Positions 23,920-35,278 of a stretch of 42,525 nucleotides of DNA are shown here, piece after piece. Numbering within the stretch: the first letter of the stretch is position 1; each line of letters opens with the position of its first letter. Position numbers and translations under genes: made by a program. The stretch comes from Perkinsus olseni (Eukaryota), in NCBI GenBank assembly GCA_013115125.1, contig JABANN010000288.1, positions 1 through 42,525 on the forward strand, read 5' to 3'. The notes below the pieces were generated by a model. It had not been told where the DNA came from. It saw only the letters and a program-made list of their open reading frames with translations, and did no database searches.

Positions 23920-25814
23920 TCAGAGGGATATGTCGGAGGGCACGCCAACGGCCTCGCCGAGCTCGACAAGTTCTTTTCGGAAGAGCTGCTCAAACCTGGG
24001 CCAATCCTCAACGACTTTATGATCTAGGGTTACATTATAATACACCTTCCCATTGTACGATATAAGAGTGACCTAAAAAGGGGAGCTTATATCATGACAA
24101 CGATGGAAGTGAACTACCTCAGGTATGGCATCCAGGAAGATGCCCTGTACGCCAGTAACCTCTTTACCAGCAAAATAAAGGGTATTATTAGCAGGACCCG
24201 GTACATTACTGAACAGCATGGTGTGGTTAGCGAAGTATCTCTTAGCAATGTACTGGTAGACCTGTACTGGTAATAGAGGGAATAATACATTCATCAACCA
24301 GAACTCAACGAAGGCTTCCATGCTCTTCTTTAGACGGTTCATGGCCGTGTTGGTAGCCAACACTCGTGATACTGGATCAGTAGCTCTTATGGCCTGACAC
24401 CAGCAGTACAGTACAGATGCAACAACACTGAGCCGAATGGACCCACTTTGCTAAGATCACAGGCATTGATTGAGAATGAATTGGTGAGTCTGTCAGTTGG
24501 TTCCTTGTCTGGCAGATTGGCAGGGAAGCCTAGAGCGAGGAGAGTCCTCATAGTGGTCGTGTGGTCGGCTGTTTCTCCAGAGTAGGCTCTGATGGCCCCA
24601 ACAGTGGCAGACAGCAGGACATCGTTGACGGTAACCTTAATGAACACACAACATAGGAACTCGATCGTCACTAGTATTGTTGAAGAAAACAGCTCTGCCG
24701 TGTGCTCACCTTCTTGGGTGTCCTCTTGGTAATAGCTCTGACATAATCCAGCGAGAAGGGCTTGAACAACACAGCCCTCCTCGAACCAGACCAGCGCATA
24801 TCACCCGCACGATGTTCCCTAGGAGTATGCGAGCTGATCGATGACTCTAGTGGCTGGAAGACAGTGTACAAGATGTGCAGAGCCGAGCGTATCTGATGGT
24901 GAATGGGTCTAATACCACATATCAAACCATTCAGCTGAAGACAATACCGAGTCGAGGAACATGAGTATTAGCCTAGTCAGTGTCATCTCAGGGCGAGAGG
25001 GCATTGGCTTGCCGGGGATGACTTCAGCTGGGGATCCATCAACGTCTGTCGCCAGACACTGATAAGCCGTCACCTACCGCAGGGCTCGATATAGTGTTTG
25101 AATGCGCGACAAGCATCCTTACAAGAGAGAGGCCATCGGCCATGGAATGGTGAGTCCTGAAGAGCATACAGTCCTCACCATTTCTCACCGGCACCATATG
25201 CACCTCCCATAAAGGCTTAGCAGGGTTTAGAGGGACACTTATTATCTGATAGCACAGCCGTGAACAAGCAATGCAAAGCACATTCCACAGTAGTACATCG
25301 TTGATCTTATCTTCCAATGCTTGGGTATCAGCGACAGGCTGATGATAGACCAAATGGTCTTTGACGTCAGCATCGACAGCTTTCCAGGTCCTATGATCAG
25401 GGTCAGCTACCGAGGAGAATCGGTGGTATTTGAGTAGCTGAGGAGCGGTGCCACTGATGGTGACGCCTCACTGCTATGGAAGGCATGTTACCTTATTAGT
25501 GAGGACGTCCTCTACCTCCTTGGTTGCAGGCAGGCCATCCCGGAAGAACATAGCGGAGTTGATGACGTAACAAATCGGAGATGCCTGCATGTAGGCCGGA
25601 AAGGCATCGTTCTTGAGCATATGGGCCTCCAACCAGGTCATGGGTAAGGGGGCTGAGGCCGTGAGAAACATGAACCTCTCAGCGAGAAGCGCAGGCTCTC
25701 TCAAGTACCCTGTTTCTGTGATTCCGCCTTCCTTTTTCGCTGGACATGATACCAGTAGCCCACTAGGAGCCCTATTGCGCTGCTGAACCACGTCAACAAC
25801 GATGAAGATGTCAT
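23920..25814 (-). CDS. WS/DGAT, paralog 2 (tandem)
   Basis: N-terminal TM (WFSSAIGLLVGYWY); PLNPAKPLWEVHM; LFRTHHSMADGLSL; VTVNDVLLSA; FSNVPGP; VTLISYNGK; ends PSDISL*. Confidence 0.9.
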
Positions 25815-26214
25815 AAAAAACAAACCAACTCGAAGATCCGGAATACTACAGTACAGAAGCAGGCTCTGCCATCCGCGTATGGTACAGGGAAACAGACCCT
25901 CCCAGGCTAGCGATCCACCACCAGTTACAGAATAAAACCCAGTGACAAGTGCTCTGATGATAGCAATACGTAATCCGAGGGTAATACTCGCTCAAATTAC
26001 TCTAGATGGCGGAGGCCCGCAGGCATATAAAGCAACCCGCCGATTTTTAAGATAGCGGTGTTACACGATATACAAAATGTGAAACAAAAAACGCTCTTCA
26101 AGCGGAGCGACGCAAGCGCGACGCTAGATACGGAGGTAGCGAAGGATTCGTTTGATAAGGTATACTCACTTCAAGGAGTAGTTTTTGTTATATTCAGTAC
26201 CCTGTCAGCCTCCA

Positions 26215-26629
26215 ATGTCCTCCAGCAATATAGTAATGGTACAGGTCCCTGAGGGTGCCAATCCTGGTAGTACCATACAAGTGGTTAACCCTACCACTGG
26301 GCAGCCCTTCCAAGTACAAGTGCCAGCTGGAGTCTATCCCGGTCAAACCTTCCAAGTACAGATGACCTCCCCCGCCTTAGCACAAGCCCAGCCTATGTAC
26401 TACCGCCCTCCGTTAATGTCCCCTTACCGCGAGCGGGTATTGTAGGTACAACCAAGCGCCACCTCAAACAGTTATAATTCATGAGAGTCACCAGCCGTAT
26501 GATAATGATAAAGGCGGTGGTGACGGATGCTGTGCTTGTCTGCTAGGTAAGAAAGATGGCTTATTGTTCTCCTTATCAACCCCCTCAGGTATGTGTGCGT
26601 GCTGCACTCTATGTGCATTGATGGACTGA
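26215..26629 (+). CDS. CYSTM-type protein, paralog 2
   Basis: 3 exons: MSSSNIVMVQVPEGANPGSTIQVVNPTTGQPFQVQVPAGVYPGQTFQVQ...GGGDGCCACLLGMCACCTLCALMD*. The last intron is in the same position as in paralog 1 (LL|G). Confidence 0.85.
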
Positions 26630-26926
26630 GAAGTGTGTTAAGTCGTGCAGCAGGTGACTACTATTCTTACTCGGGTTCTCGCACTTTAGCAGTGGTGAAT
26701 TCCCTTTGCTGAGGTATGGTGCTTGGCTGGTGTCCTGCTTACCGACCTCGGACGTTGAAAGTTAACTTTAATCTTCTATCTATAGAGACCCTCTTATTGC
26801 TGCAAAGAAGTCTCCTTGTAGTACATGCGGTGTAGTGTTGTTCCAGTGATACATTAAGGGACCATTGCTGCTAGGTTCTTTAACAGTTCTTAACCATTTT
26901 ACCAGCTCCCTACGAACTCTATCAGG

Positions 26927-27561
26927 ATGGATAGTCGGACGATAGTGGTAATGCTGGAGGGTTGAGGAACGAACTGGGCTTGATAATCCTGTAGCTAGTG
27001 GTGTTAGAATACCCTGGCTGCTACGTCAGGTTAGAGTCCCAGATGCTGCAACGACAGGGACTATAATTCGACTGAAGGACCCTGTCACAGGCATTGACTT
27101 GCAGGTAGGCCACGTCCTTTCCTCATCATATATCAGACCACTGTGAATAGGTCCGAATACCCGTAGGTGTGGGCCCCGGAGACACCTTCGTTGTCGAGCG
27201 GCAGAGACCAGTGCAGACAGGAGCAGTGGTGTAGGTTGGTACCATCGTGGCTCCTTGGTCAGCGAGTCTCCCCTCATAGGACGGAAGGTATACCGCTGTC
27301 GGACGCTACCATGTCTACTTCGCCAGTACAGGAGGCAGTAGTGGTACCTGGACCACCTGCCCAACACCATCATCGAACTTTCAAGTCCTATTCCTGCATG
27401 TGCAGTAATAATGCTGGACTGCATCTGTGCTCTATCGGCTATACTTCCTTCCAGGTCCATGCTTCTCTGATGGTGATGGCTGCCACTGCTGTAAGCTGCG
27501 GTGTATATGCCCTTGCTGTACCATCATCAGGCCCCACCGTCATGATGATGATGTCGGGTAG
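26927..27561 (+). CDS. Divergent CYSTM-like protein, paralog 3
   Basis: 5 exons: MDSRTIV|VRVPDAATTGTIIRLKDPVTGIDLQ|VRIPVGVGPGDTFVVE...|SPCFSDGDGCHCCKLRCICPCCTIIRPHRHDDDVG*. Same N-terminal double repeat and a Cys-rich tail. The ORF track captures only part of it. Confidence 0.7.
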
Positions 27562-27756
27562 TCTAATGAATGCCTAATCTCAAAGACGCTGTAGCTCTAC
27601 TGTATACCCTTGCACCTTTTATATATAATCACTGCCATATCTACAACCTCGTTACGGTTTCACCGTTGTGCTTGCTGCTGGATTTATTTTATTCCCATAA
27701 GCTCGGCCGTCAGATTCCTAGACTAAGTCGTATTCTCAGTGCCTTTTCATAGCAGG

Positions 27757-29957
27757 ATGTCCGCCGATAATCATCATCGTCACCAATCAGAGGGGCTAGG
27801 ATGCTGCTCTACGGCAGTATCATCCGACTCGGAGACCTCAGGAGTCGCTGACGGGAGCACAGTTGCGGTGATTGGCTCGGGACTGGCAGGTAGGCATGAT
27901 GACAGGGGAATGTCAGTAACACCTCCAATGGATGATTGATTCATAAAATGCGTCGCTACAGACCAGGGACTCGCTCGAAACGAGTGTTTCAGCATCAGCG
28001 TCTCTTGGCACTGGGACCTGGTCTTCTGGCCCAGAAGTTCTGGGTCTGGCTGTTCGCTGATCAACCAGGCATATGGCGATCGTATAGCAACAAACAGTTC
28101 CGGATTCGCTGAGGGCCATTCTCTGGTTGCATCAGGGCTCACGACAGCCTGGGCCCTCTGCAACGGTGGCGATATCAGCGGTTGCAGGACCATCCGTGAG
28201 GTTACTATCTATGAACGTGCTGACAATCTAGGACTGTGTAGTCAGTCCCTGAGGTAGTACGACTGGGTCTTGCTACCCGGTACTCCCCTTCTCAGCTATT
28301 CCCCAACACTGACTGTAGACGTCCCCTATAGGGCCACCTCTGGGGCGTACTATCCCACCTCAACCCGACTGTGCCGTAAACTTGGCATACAATTCGTTAA
28401 GTCCGATTGGTCTATATCCTGCACAAGAGCCGAGGACCCACATCGAAGACCATTCTTCGAATTCCGGAATTGGGTTTTATCCGTCGGTAGTATAGGGGCA
28501 CTTGCTAATCTTGCATTTCCTTAAAGCAGTAGTACCCTTATCAGGCTCCTTCTCCATTAAACTGAAGGTACCAATAGTGTCGGCGGCCCTCAGTAGTCTA
28601 CTCTTCACTCTGTCCGCCATTTTTAACATCATCTACTTCACCCTCACTATGCCGTCACCGACTTCCACCACCCACCTGCAGCACATCACCATAGCCGACT
28701 GGATGGCATCACAGGCATATCCTCATGATTTCATCTACAATATCTTTCTACCCTGGTTGGCCATTTTCTGCAGCCTCTCTGTTGAGAGCGCTGCCCTCTG
28801 CCCAGCGGATGTTGCAGTGGAGTTCCTTAGAGCTCACTGGGGCGACGCGAGGACCTTCTGGAAGAAGTGGAGCGACTTGGGTGATGATAATTGCATAAGA
28901 CGATTCGCTGGTAATGGGATTAGAACCCTCGCGGAAAAGTTAATAGAGGATTCAAGAATTGCAGTCAAGCTCAGTGCCGAGGTGAACACTTTGGACGCTC
29001 TTCTGAATGTGTATGATTACGTTGTGGTTGCTACGGAGGCACCCACGGCCAGTAGGCTCCTTAATTCCGCCGATGCCGACAGGAGTTCACTACTCGACGA
29101 GCTCAGACATGAGCGTAGTGTGGTATGGATGCATAGGGACCAGCGTATGCTACCCGACACCACCAACGCTGCCTGGCGCCCAGGGCTCAATCTCTTCATC
29201 AAATCCCCCGTTGGTGATGGACACCTTGGAGCCGCTACCGAGTCAACTAATGCGTGTAGAAAGGGGAGGATAGCTTGCAATGCGTCAAGGGACTCGCTTA
29301 GATGTATCAGTATACCTTCCGTCGTGCGACTCTGAGTTGAGGAAGGAGATGAGGGACAAAGGAGAGGATATGGTAGTAGTATAGCCGAAGATAAAAGAAG
29401 GAGTGCTTTGCTGTATGAAGGTCATCCAAACATGGTCGCCATTGGATTTGATGTCATCACAGCCTAAGGCCCTCTTACGCGAGCCTTCGTACTTCACCCG
29501 CCCCGTCCTCACAGTAGAGTACTTCAACACAGTAGCCGCTCTGAGCAAGCTCAATGGACGACATAGAGTGTATCTAGCAGGCAGCTATAGTTATGCTGGC
29601 AATAGGAAGATACCTCTGCTGGAGAATGCTATGCTATCGGTAATGCGTTACAGGCTCCCTACCTCTCCCGTATCCCGGAATTGTCCGACATGAGCCGCGT
29701 AGTAGACGTCATTGTGAGTAATTCGCTTCTGATTAGCTCGTTCCACTTCGTGCTGCTGAACAACAGCCCGTATCGTAGTTGGTATGGTATTGAGGGGATA
29801 ATCAACTTGCTGCTGCAGTAGTGTCTACGTGTACCGAAGTGCTCGCGGTTGCGTGCTGAAGCGGTCCTCACGTCTTGTCTTTCAGGGTATATCAGCGGCC
29901 GCCAAAATACTGAACGTGGGAGAGGATAGACTCCTGTACAACACCCTGGGCTTATGA
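27757..29957 (+). CDS. FAD-dependent oxidoreductase, amine-oxidase fold, COG2907-like
   Basis: VAVIGSGLAG|LTTAWAL..VTIYERADNLG (Rossmann), TVDVPYRATSGAYYP, YDYVVVAT, VWMHRDQRMLP, YFTRPVLT, VYLAGSYSY..IPLLENAMLSG. Confidence 0.85.
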
Positions 29958-30106
29958 TTCCTTATCCCCATGATCGCTCGTCGGCTCTTTCTTCCTCATG
30001 CAAGGGGCAACGGTCACTGCGCTACTCTGGGTTTAGTTGGGAGTTAAACATCAGCGGTCACTACTCTAACGACCAATGCTTGTTAGTGTTTTACTAATAC
30101 TTTTCC

Positions 30107-33100
30107 ATGCTAGCAGCAGCTACTGGTAGTGGTAGCAATGCTGAGGGCTGGCCAGATATCACGCCCCACACCCCAGCCGCTATGTCACTGAATGGATCGG
30201 CGGCGATGCCTCAATCGGGTCCCTTCTGTACTCAGCCTTTCCCACAGCAAGGGGGCCTCGACGCCCCGTTTTTTGATGAGGGTGCTCATGATGATAAGAA
30301 TGATTATGAGGCTGATGAGGACCCCCTGTCGGAGGACCCTGAAGCCCCTCCTGGTAGTAGCGCTTCTCATAAGATTCTCGACTGTTTTTGTCAGGAGGTG
30401 CCTGGAAGCTGCTATACCTCCAGGACCAATGGCAGCAACTGCACAGTGCTTTAACGACCTGTGCTGAGCAGATGGGGGTCAGTGCAGCTCAGCTTGCTTC
30501 TGATACGATACCCCTCAGCAGGTAGTAGAGGATGAGGGAGTGGGCGACGGTGGTAGAGGCAATAGGCATATCATGAACGATGATACCCAAAAGAATGCTG
30601 GTCCGCGGTCCTCTTCTGCCACCATCCTGTAGCATTATTAAAGTGATAGCAATCATCCCCCTCGTTGCACTTTCCATCCCGAATGCCGATGATTTCGGTG
30701 ACAGTTGAAAGATTTCCGGCGTGCAAGGGCAGACCCTTCCTCATGGTCTTCCAGCCTAGCCGCCAGCGTTCACTACACTGTGCTGTGCAGATTCGACAAG
30801 GTATCATCATCCTTACGGAACCTCCTGAAGCAAGTGGAGGACTTTTGTAAACAGCTAGAAGAGCAGGTTGACGCTATTACTCCAGAGTTTGATAATTTTT
30901 ACACACTAGTACAGGGGTGAGTGTGCAGAAGTTCAAGTCCTCTTCGCACCGTTACAGCGCGTAGGTACGAGGATGAGGTGAATTCCTATAAAGCAGCCCG
31001 GCAGCAAGCCATTGATGCTCTCGATAAGATCACTCATGAAAGAGATCATGCTCGGAAGATGCAAAAACTTGAAGTATGGCTGATCGCTGTCGTCGCTAGG
31101 TTATTGACATGCTCTCTCAGGCGGACACCAAAGAGCGGATAGCTCACTTGCTAGAGGTCGAACGGAAGGCGAAAATTGAGGTAGGACGACGATGTTGAGG
31201 GGCCTCGAGGGAAGGTCCTCGCTATCGCTGCTGCAGGCGTTAGCATTGCTGGACGCAGCTAAGAAGGAACGGGATCGGGCACTACTCAGAGTGCAGTCGG
31301 AGCAGGCGGATAAGGCGGCTGCGATGAAGTTGGTAGAGGTAATAACTGTGGTAGTGGTGGCAAGGGACTAGTGGCACTGTTCTGTATGGATCAGGAAGCT
31401 ACGGCAGCTCAACGTGCAGCTGCAGCCGCCTCAGAGAAGGACAAGCAGCTCAGAGAGAATGCTGAGAAGCAGGCTGATGATGAGCGTAGTCAGCGAAGGG
31501 AAACAGAGAAGACTCTAGAGAACGAAAAGAAGGCTCGTGATGAGGTAATGAAGGTTCTGCAGACCACCCGTAGGCAGGTCATGAAGCGGACCTCTTATTG
31601 CTCAGATCGCTGAGAAGCTGGAGAATGAAAAGAAGCTTCGAGCTGATCAGGACCTCAGTGCCGAGGACGCTCAGAAGAAGATAGATGAACTCCAGGTAAT
31701 GGTTGCTGCTGCTGATGATGATGACCCCTTCACATCCTAGCATTGGTTCACCATTATCAGGGAGCTATCGATAAGGCTGTTGCTGATAGAGATGAGGCCG
31801 TGTCCAGGATAGAGGCGGCTGAGAAGGCTGCTGATGAGGCGGAAGATGCTCAACGAATTGATATGCATATGGTACGCCACTTAGTGCGGATAGACGGACT
31901 ATCAGTAGATGCTTTCCTTACAGCGACAGAAGGCGGAAGCCTCTCTGGAAGACTATAAGCAGAAGCTTCAGGAGGCTCAGGATAAAGCAGCTCAGATGCA
32001 GGAGGCATCTGATGTGAGTCTCTCGGCCTCTAGGCTCGCCCTGGATGATGCCTCCACCTTATCAGTCCTTGGATGCACTCACGGCTGAGCGGGATAAACT
32101 ACAGGGTGACCTCGAGGAGGCGAAGAAGGCACAGGAGGATCTCGATGCTAAAGTAGGGCCGGTAGTTACTGGAGGATCTGACTAGCTCTTCTCAGTACAA
32201 GGACGCGTCCGAACAGATCGCGCAGTTGAGCAAGGACGCTCAGGAGTTGCCTGAGGTAAAGGAGAAGCTCCAGCAGATGGAAGCCGAGTTGAAGAAGGCA
32301 AAAGAGACCACTGATGCTGCTGTGAAGGAGAAGGCTGATGCTGTAATAGGACGCAGAGTCCAGGGATGGCTACTCATGGATGGTAATGGTAGGAGGCAGC
32401 GGCAGCCAAGGCTGGTGACAGGGCGAAGACGGCAGAGCAATCGGCTACCGAGGCCAAGGGCCGACTGGAAGGGTAGTAGTAGTAGAGGTGGACACTCCCA
32501 GCTGGTAATGTTGGTGGATCGGCAGGCTCCAGCAAGTGCTATCTGGCGAGAGGCAGAAGCTGCAAAGTGTACAGCAAGAGTTGGAGAAGGTTAAGAATGA
32601 GCTGGCTCAGAGCAAACAGGTGAGGCAGCAGCAGCAGCCCGGTGTGGCAGTAATACTTCATGACGTTCAATTTAGCAACTTGACACTGAGAAGATGGCTC
32701 GAGCCCAGGCTGAGAAGGATTTGAAGGCGTTGAACACCCAAGTGCAACAGAAGGATAAGGAGCTTACCCAGGCCCAGGCACAGTTGAAGGCTGTCCAAGG
32801 AGAGAAGGAGCAGTTGCAGAAGAAGGCTGAAGGTCAGTGGAGGAGTGCAAGTTAGTGTCCACCTATCGCCATCTCAGATGGACGGAATGCTCGGGAGGAC
32901 CTCACACGGCAGCTCGCTGATGAGAAGAAGAATAGCGCTGCTGCGAAGCGGGAGGCTGACAAGCTTGCTGGGCAGGTGGATGACTTGAACCAGAGGATAG
33001 AGGTGATAGCCCAGAGATACCCAGGACACTACGCTCAGAAGATTGTGTGTAGGAGGCGAAGAATGAGGTGAAGACGGCCAAGGCACAGACTGATGCAGAG

Positions 33101-34728
33101 AAAAAGGAGCATGCTCAGACCTATAAGGTGAGAACTCACGAGCTTCTCGATCCTGCAAGGTGTTATTTACCCAGGCTTACGAGAAGGAGAAGGCTGATAG
33201 AGAGAAGGCTGTAGCCAAGGTCAATGAGGCAGAGGGAAAGGCCAATGAGGCGGCCAAACAGACGCAGGCTGAGGTTGAACAACACAAGCAGACTCAGAAG
33301 GTGAAACAACGTGCTGCATGGCTGCCCATGGCATCATCATCATCATCATCATCATCATCGTCATCATCATCACCGTAGGCATATGAAGCCGAGAAGCAGG
33401 CCCGTCAACAAGCAGCTGCTGAGGCGGAGAAGCAAAGCCGAGCCGCTGCTGAGGCCCAGGCCCGGGCCAATGAGGCGGACCAACAGGCTAAGGCTCTTGA
33501 TAGAGAGGTGAGCATCCTACGTTGGACTCCCAAGGAAGTAACATACCTCCTTCAGCTCAATGGGCTCCGGAAACAAGTGGAGGACCTCAATCGAGCTAAG
33601 GCTGATCTTGCGGAACAGATGAGAGCCTTGAGGGAGAAGTCAAAAGAGGTGAGACGTCTTGCCTGCTCCCACCTCTTACGGACTTCTTTCTCAGACCGAA
33701 AGCAAGTTGAATCAACGCATAAAGGAAATCACTAACGCCAAGGCTCAGGCTGAAAAGTAAGAGACCGGTGCTGCTAGTCTAGGAGAGTTCGGATCGTTAT
33801 TTTCAGGGATGCAGCCTCGCAGAAGTCCCGGGCAGACTCTCAACGGGCTGAGAACGATCGGGTGAGGCAACAGAAACAGCAGGCTGATCTCGACAAGGCC
33901 AACACGGCTAAGTGAGTCTCCCATCGAGGTATGGTAGTGAGTTCACCTTCGTAGGGAGTTGGATGCTCAGAAGGAGCAGCAAGCTGAGCTACAGAAGCAG
34001 CTAGACGCGACTCTCCGACAGAAGGAGAGGGCTGAGAGGTCAGTACCATTATTGTACATGGGGTGGGGCTAACGGCTACCATCAGGGCATACGAGGAGCA
34101 GATGGAGGCACAGCAGCGGCTTCAGGAACAGATTGATGAGATGAAAGCTCAGCAGGCCAAGGCGCAAGAGTAGGCTGCCTGGCTTGTCGATGTACATGAT
34201 AAATGATGGTGTGATTGATGATCAGAGCTGCCGAGGCTGAACGGAAGAGGCAGCAGGAGATGGCGGATCAATTGAAGCAGGAGAGAGATCAGGCATTTGC
34301 TCAGTTGCATCGTAACCAGCAGTCCTTCACTGTAGTATCCATAGCCGATACCTTGAGACCTGCTTATTGTTCGTCTACATCATCAGAGCAATACTGCCGT
34401 CCCCCCACCCGCGGGCATGCCGTATCAGATGAATCAGCCACATATGATGTGAGTTGGAATCCGAAAAGTTGGTGTCGGCGGTAGCTGGTCACTCGTCAGG
34501 CCACCGTCGGGTTCGTGGTCAGCTGCCCATCAACCGCAGCAGCCACAGATGGCGTGGGGTGCCCGTCCCCCTTCACAGCAGCAGCCTGGGTATGCAGTCC
34601 CTCAGACCCTTCCACAGACCCAGCCGCAGATGATGCCATCCGTGCAGCTTCCACCGACAGCCCAGACACCACCATCGCAGCCACAACAACACAGTGCCAC
34701 TTCCTCTAGCGCACCATCGACACCGTAA
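30107..34728 (+). CDS. Long coiled-coil protein (E/K/A/Q-rich, more than 25 short exons) with a Pro/Gln-rich C-terminus
   Basis: Successive ~60-150 nt exons with mostly phase-0 GT-AG introns encode heptad-rich segments (e.g. QELPEVKEKLQQMEAELKKAKE, LNGLRKQVEDLNRAKADLAEQMRAL). The last exon ends SSAPSTP*. Start is approximate. Confidence 0.8.
33332..33372. repeat. Intronic (CAT)n microsatellite
   Basis: catcatcat... lies inside the intron gtgaaac...ccgtag of the coiled-coil gene. Confidence 0.9.
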
Positions 34729-35278
34729 TCCGCCACGTCTATCGGTAGCGTACGTACATGCTCTTTTCCAGCTCCCCTGACGTGAAGGAAGACCCGCCGA
34801 AGTCAGGAACTCCTCAATGAGCACAACAGCTTACTTTCAGTACTATGTCCATTGCACCTCATTTCTCTGTTCCAAGTTGAGATAATTTACTAGGACTGCC
34901 GTTGTTGCCTTGGGTTGGATGTGTAGTGGATGGGCGTTATCGCTGAGCGACAAGCGATACATGTGGGAGGATAGGAGCTGCGTTAGTAGGCAGAAAGACT
35001 TCTGCACACGATGGAGGCTTTGTCCTCAGTGATGATTATGAGGAGCTTCGACTTTGTCATTCTTCGAACCATCTGTCTTGAAATTTGTTAAGTATACCCG
35101 AACCCGGTGTGGACCAAAAGGATTTTCAGCCGTATCATGCGTCCGTGCAAGAGGTTCTGTGGCTAGGCTTCGATATCAAAAGGACTTCCACGTTGCAGTC
35201 TGGTGCGACCCACTCGAAAACTCGACACTGTGCATCATCACTTGACACTAACATTAACCTATGATTTGACAAAAGCTA

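Noticed and set aside
27960-28025. Hammerhead ribozyme (CGAAAC present)
   Set aside because: No CTGANGA core positioned upstream of a stem II.
33311-33511. Poly-His ORF
   Set aside because: It is an intronic (CAT)n microsatellite read out of frame.
35029-35110. Box C-like GTGATGA in the convergent spacer
   Set aside because: No properly spaced CTGA box D, terminal stem or recognisable guide.
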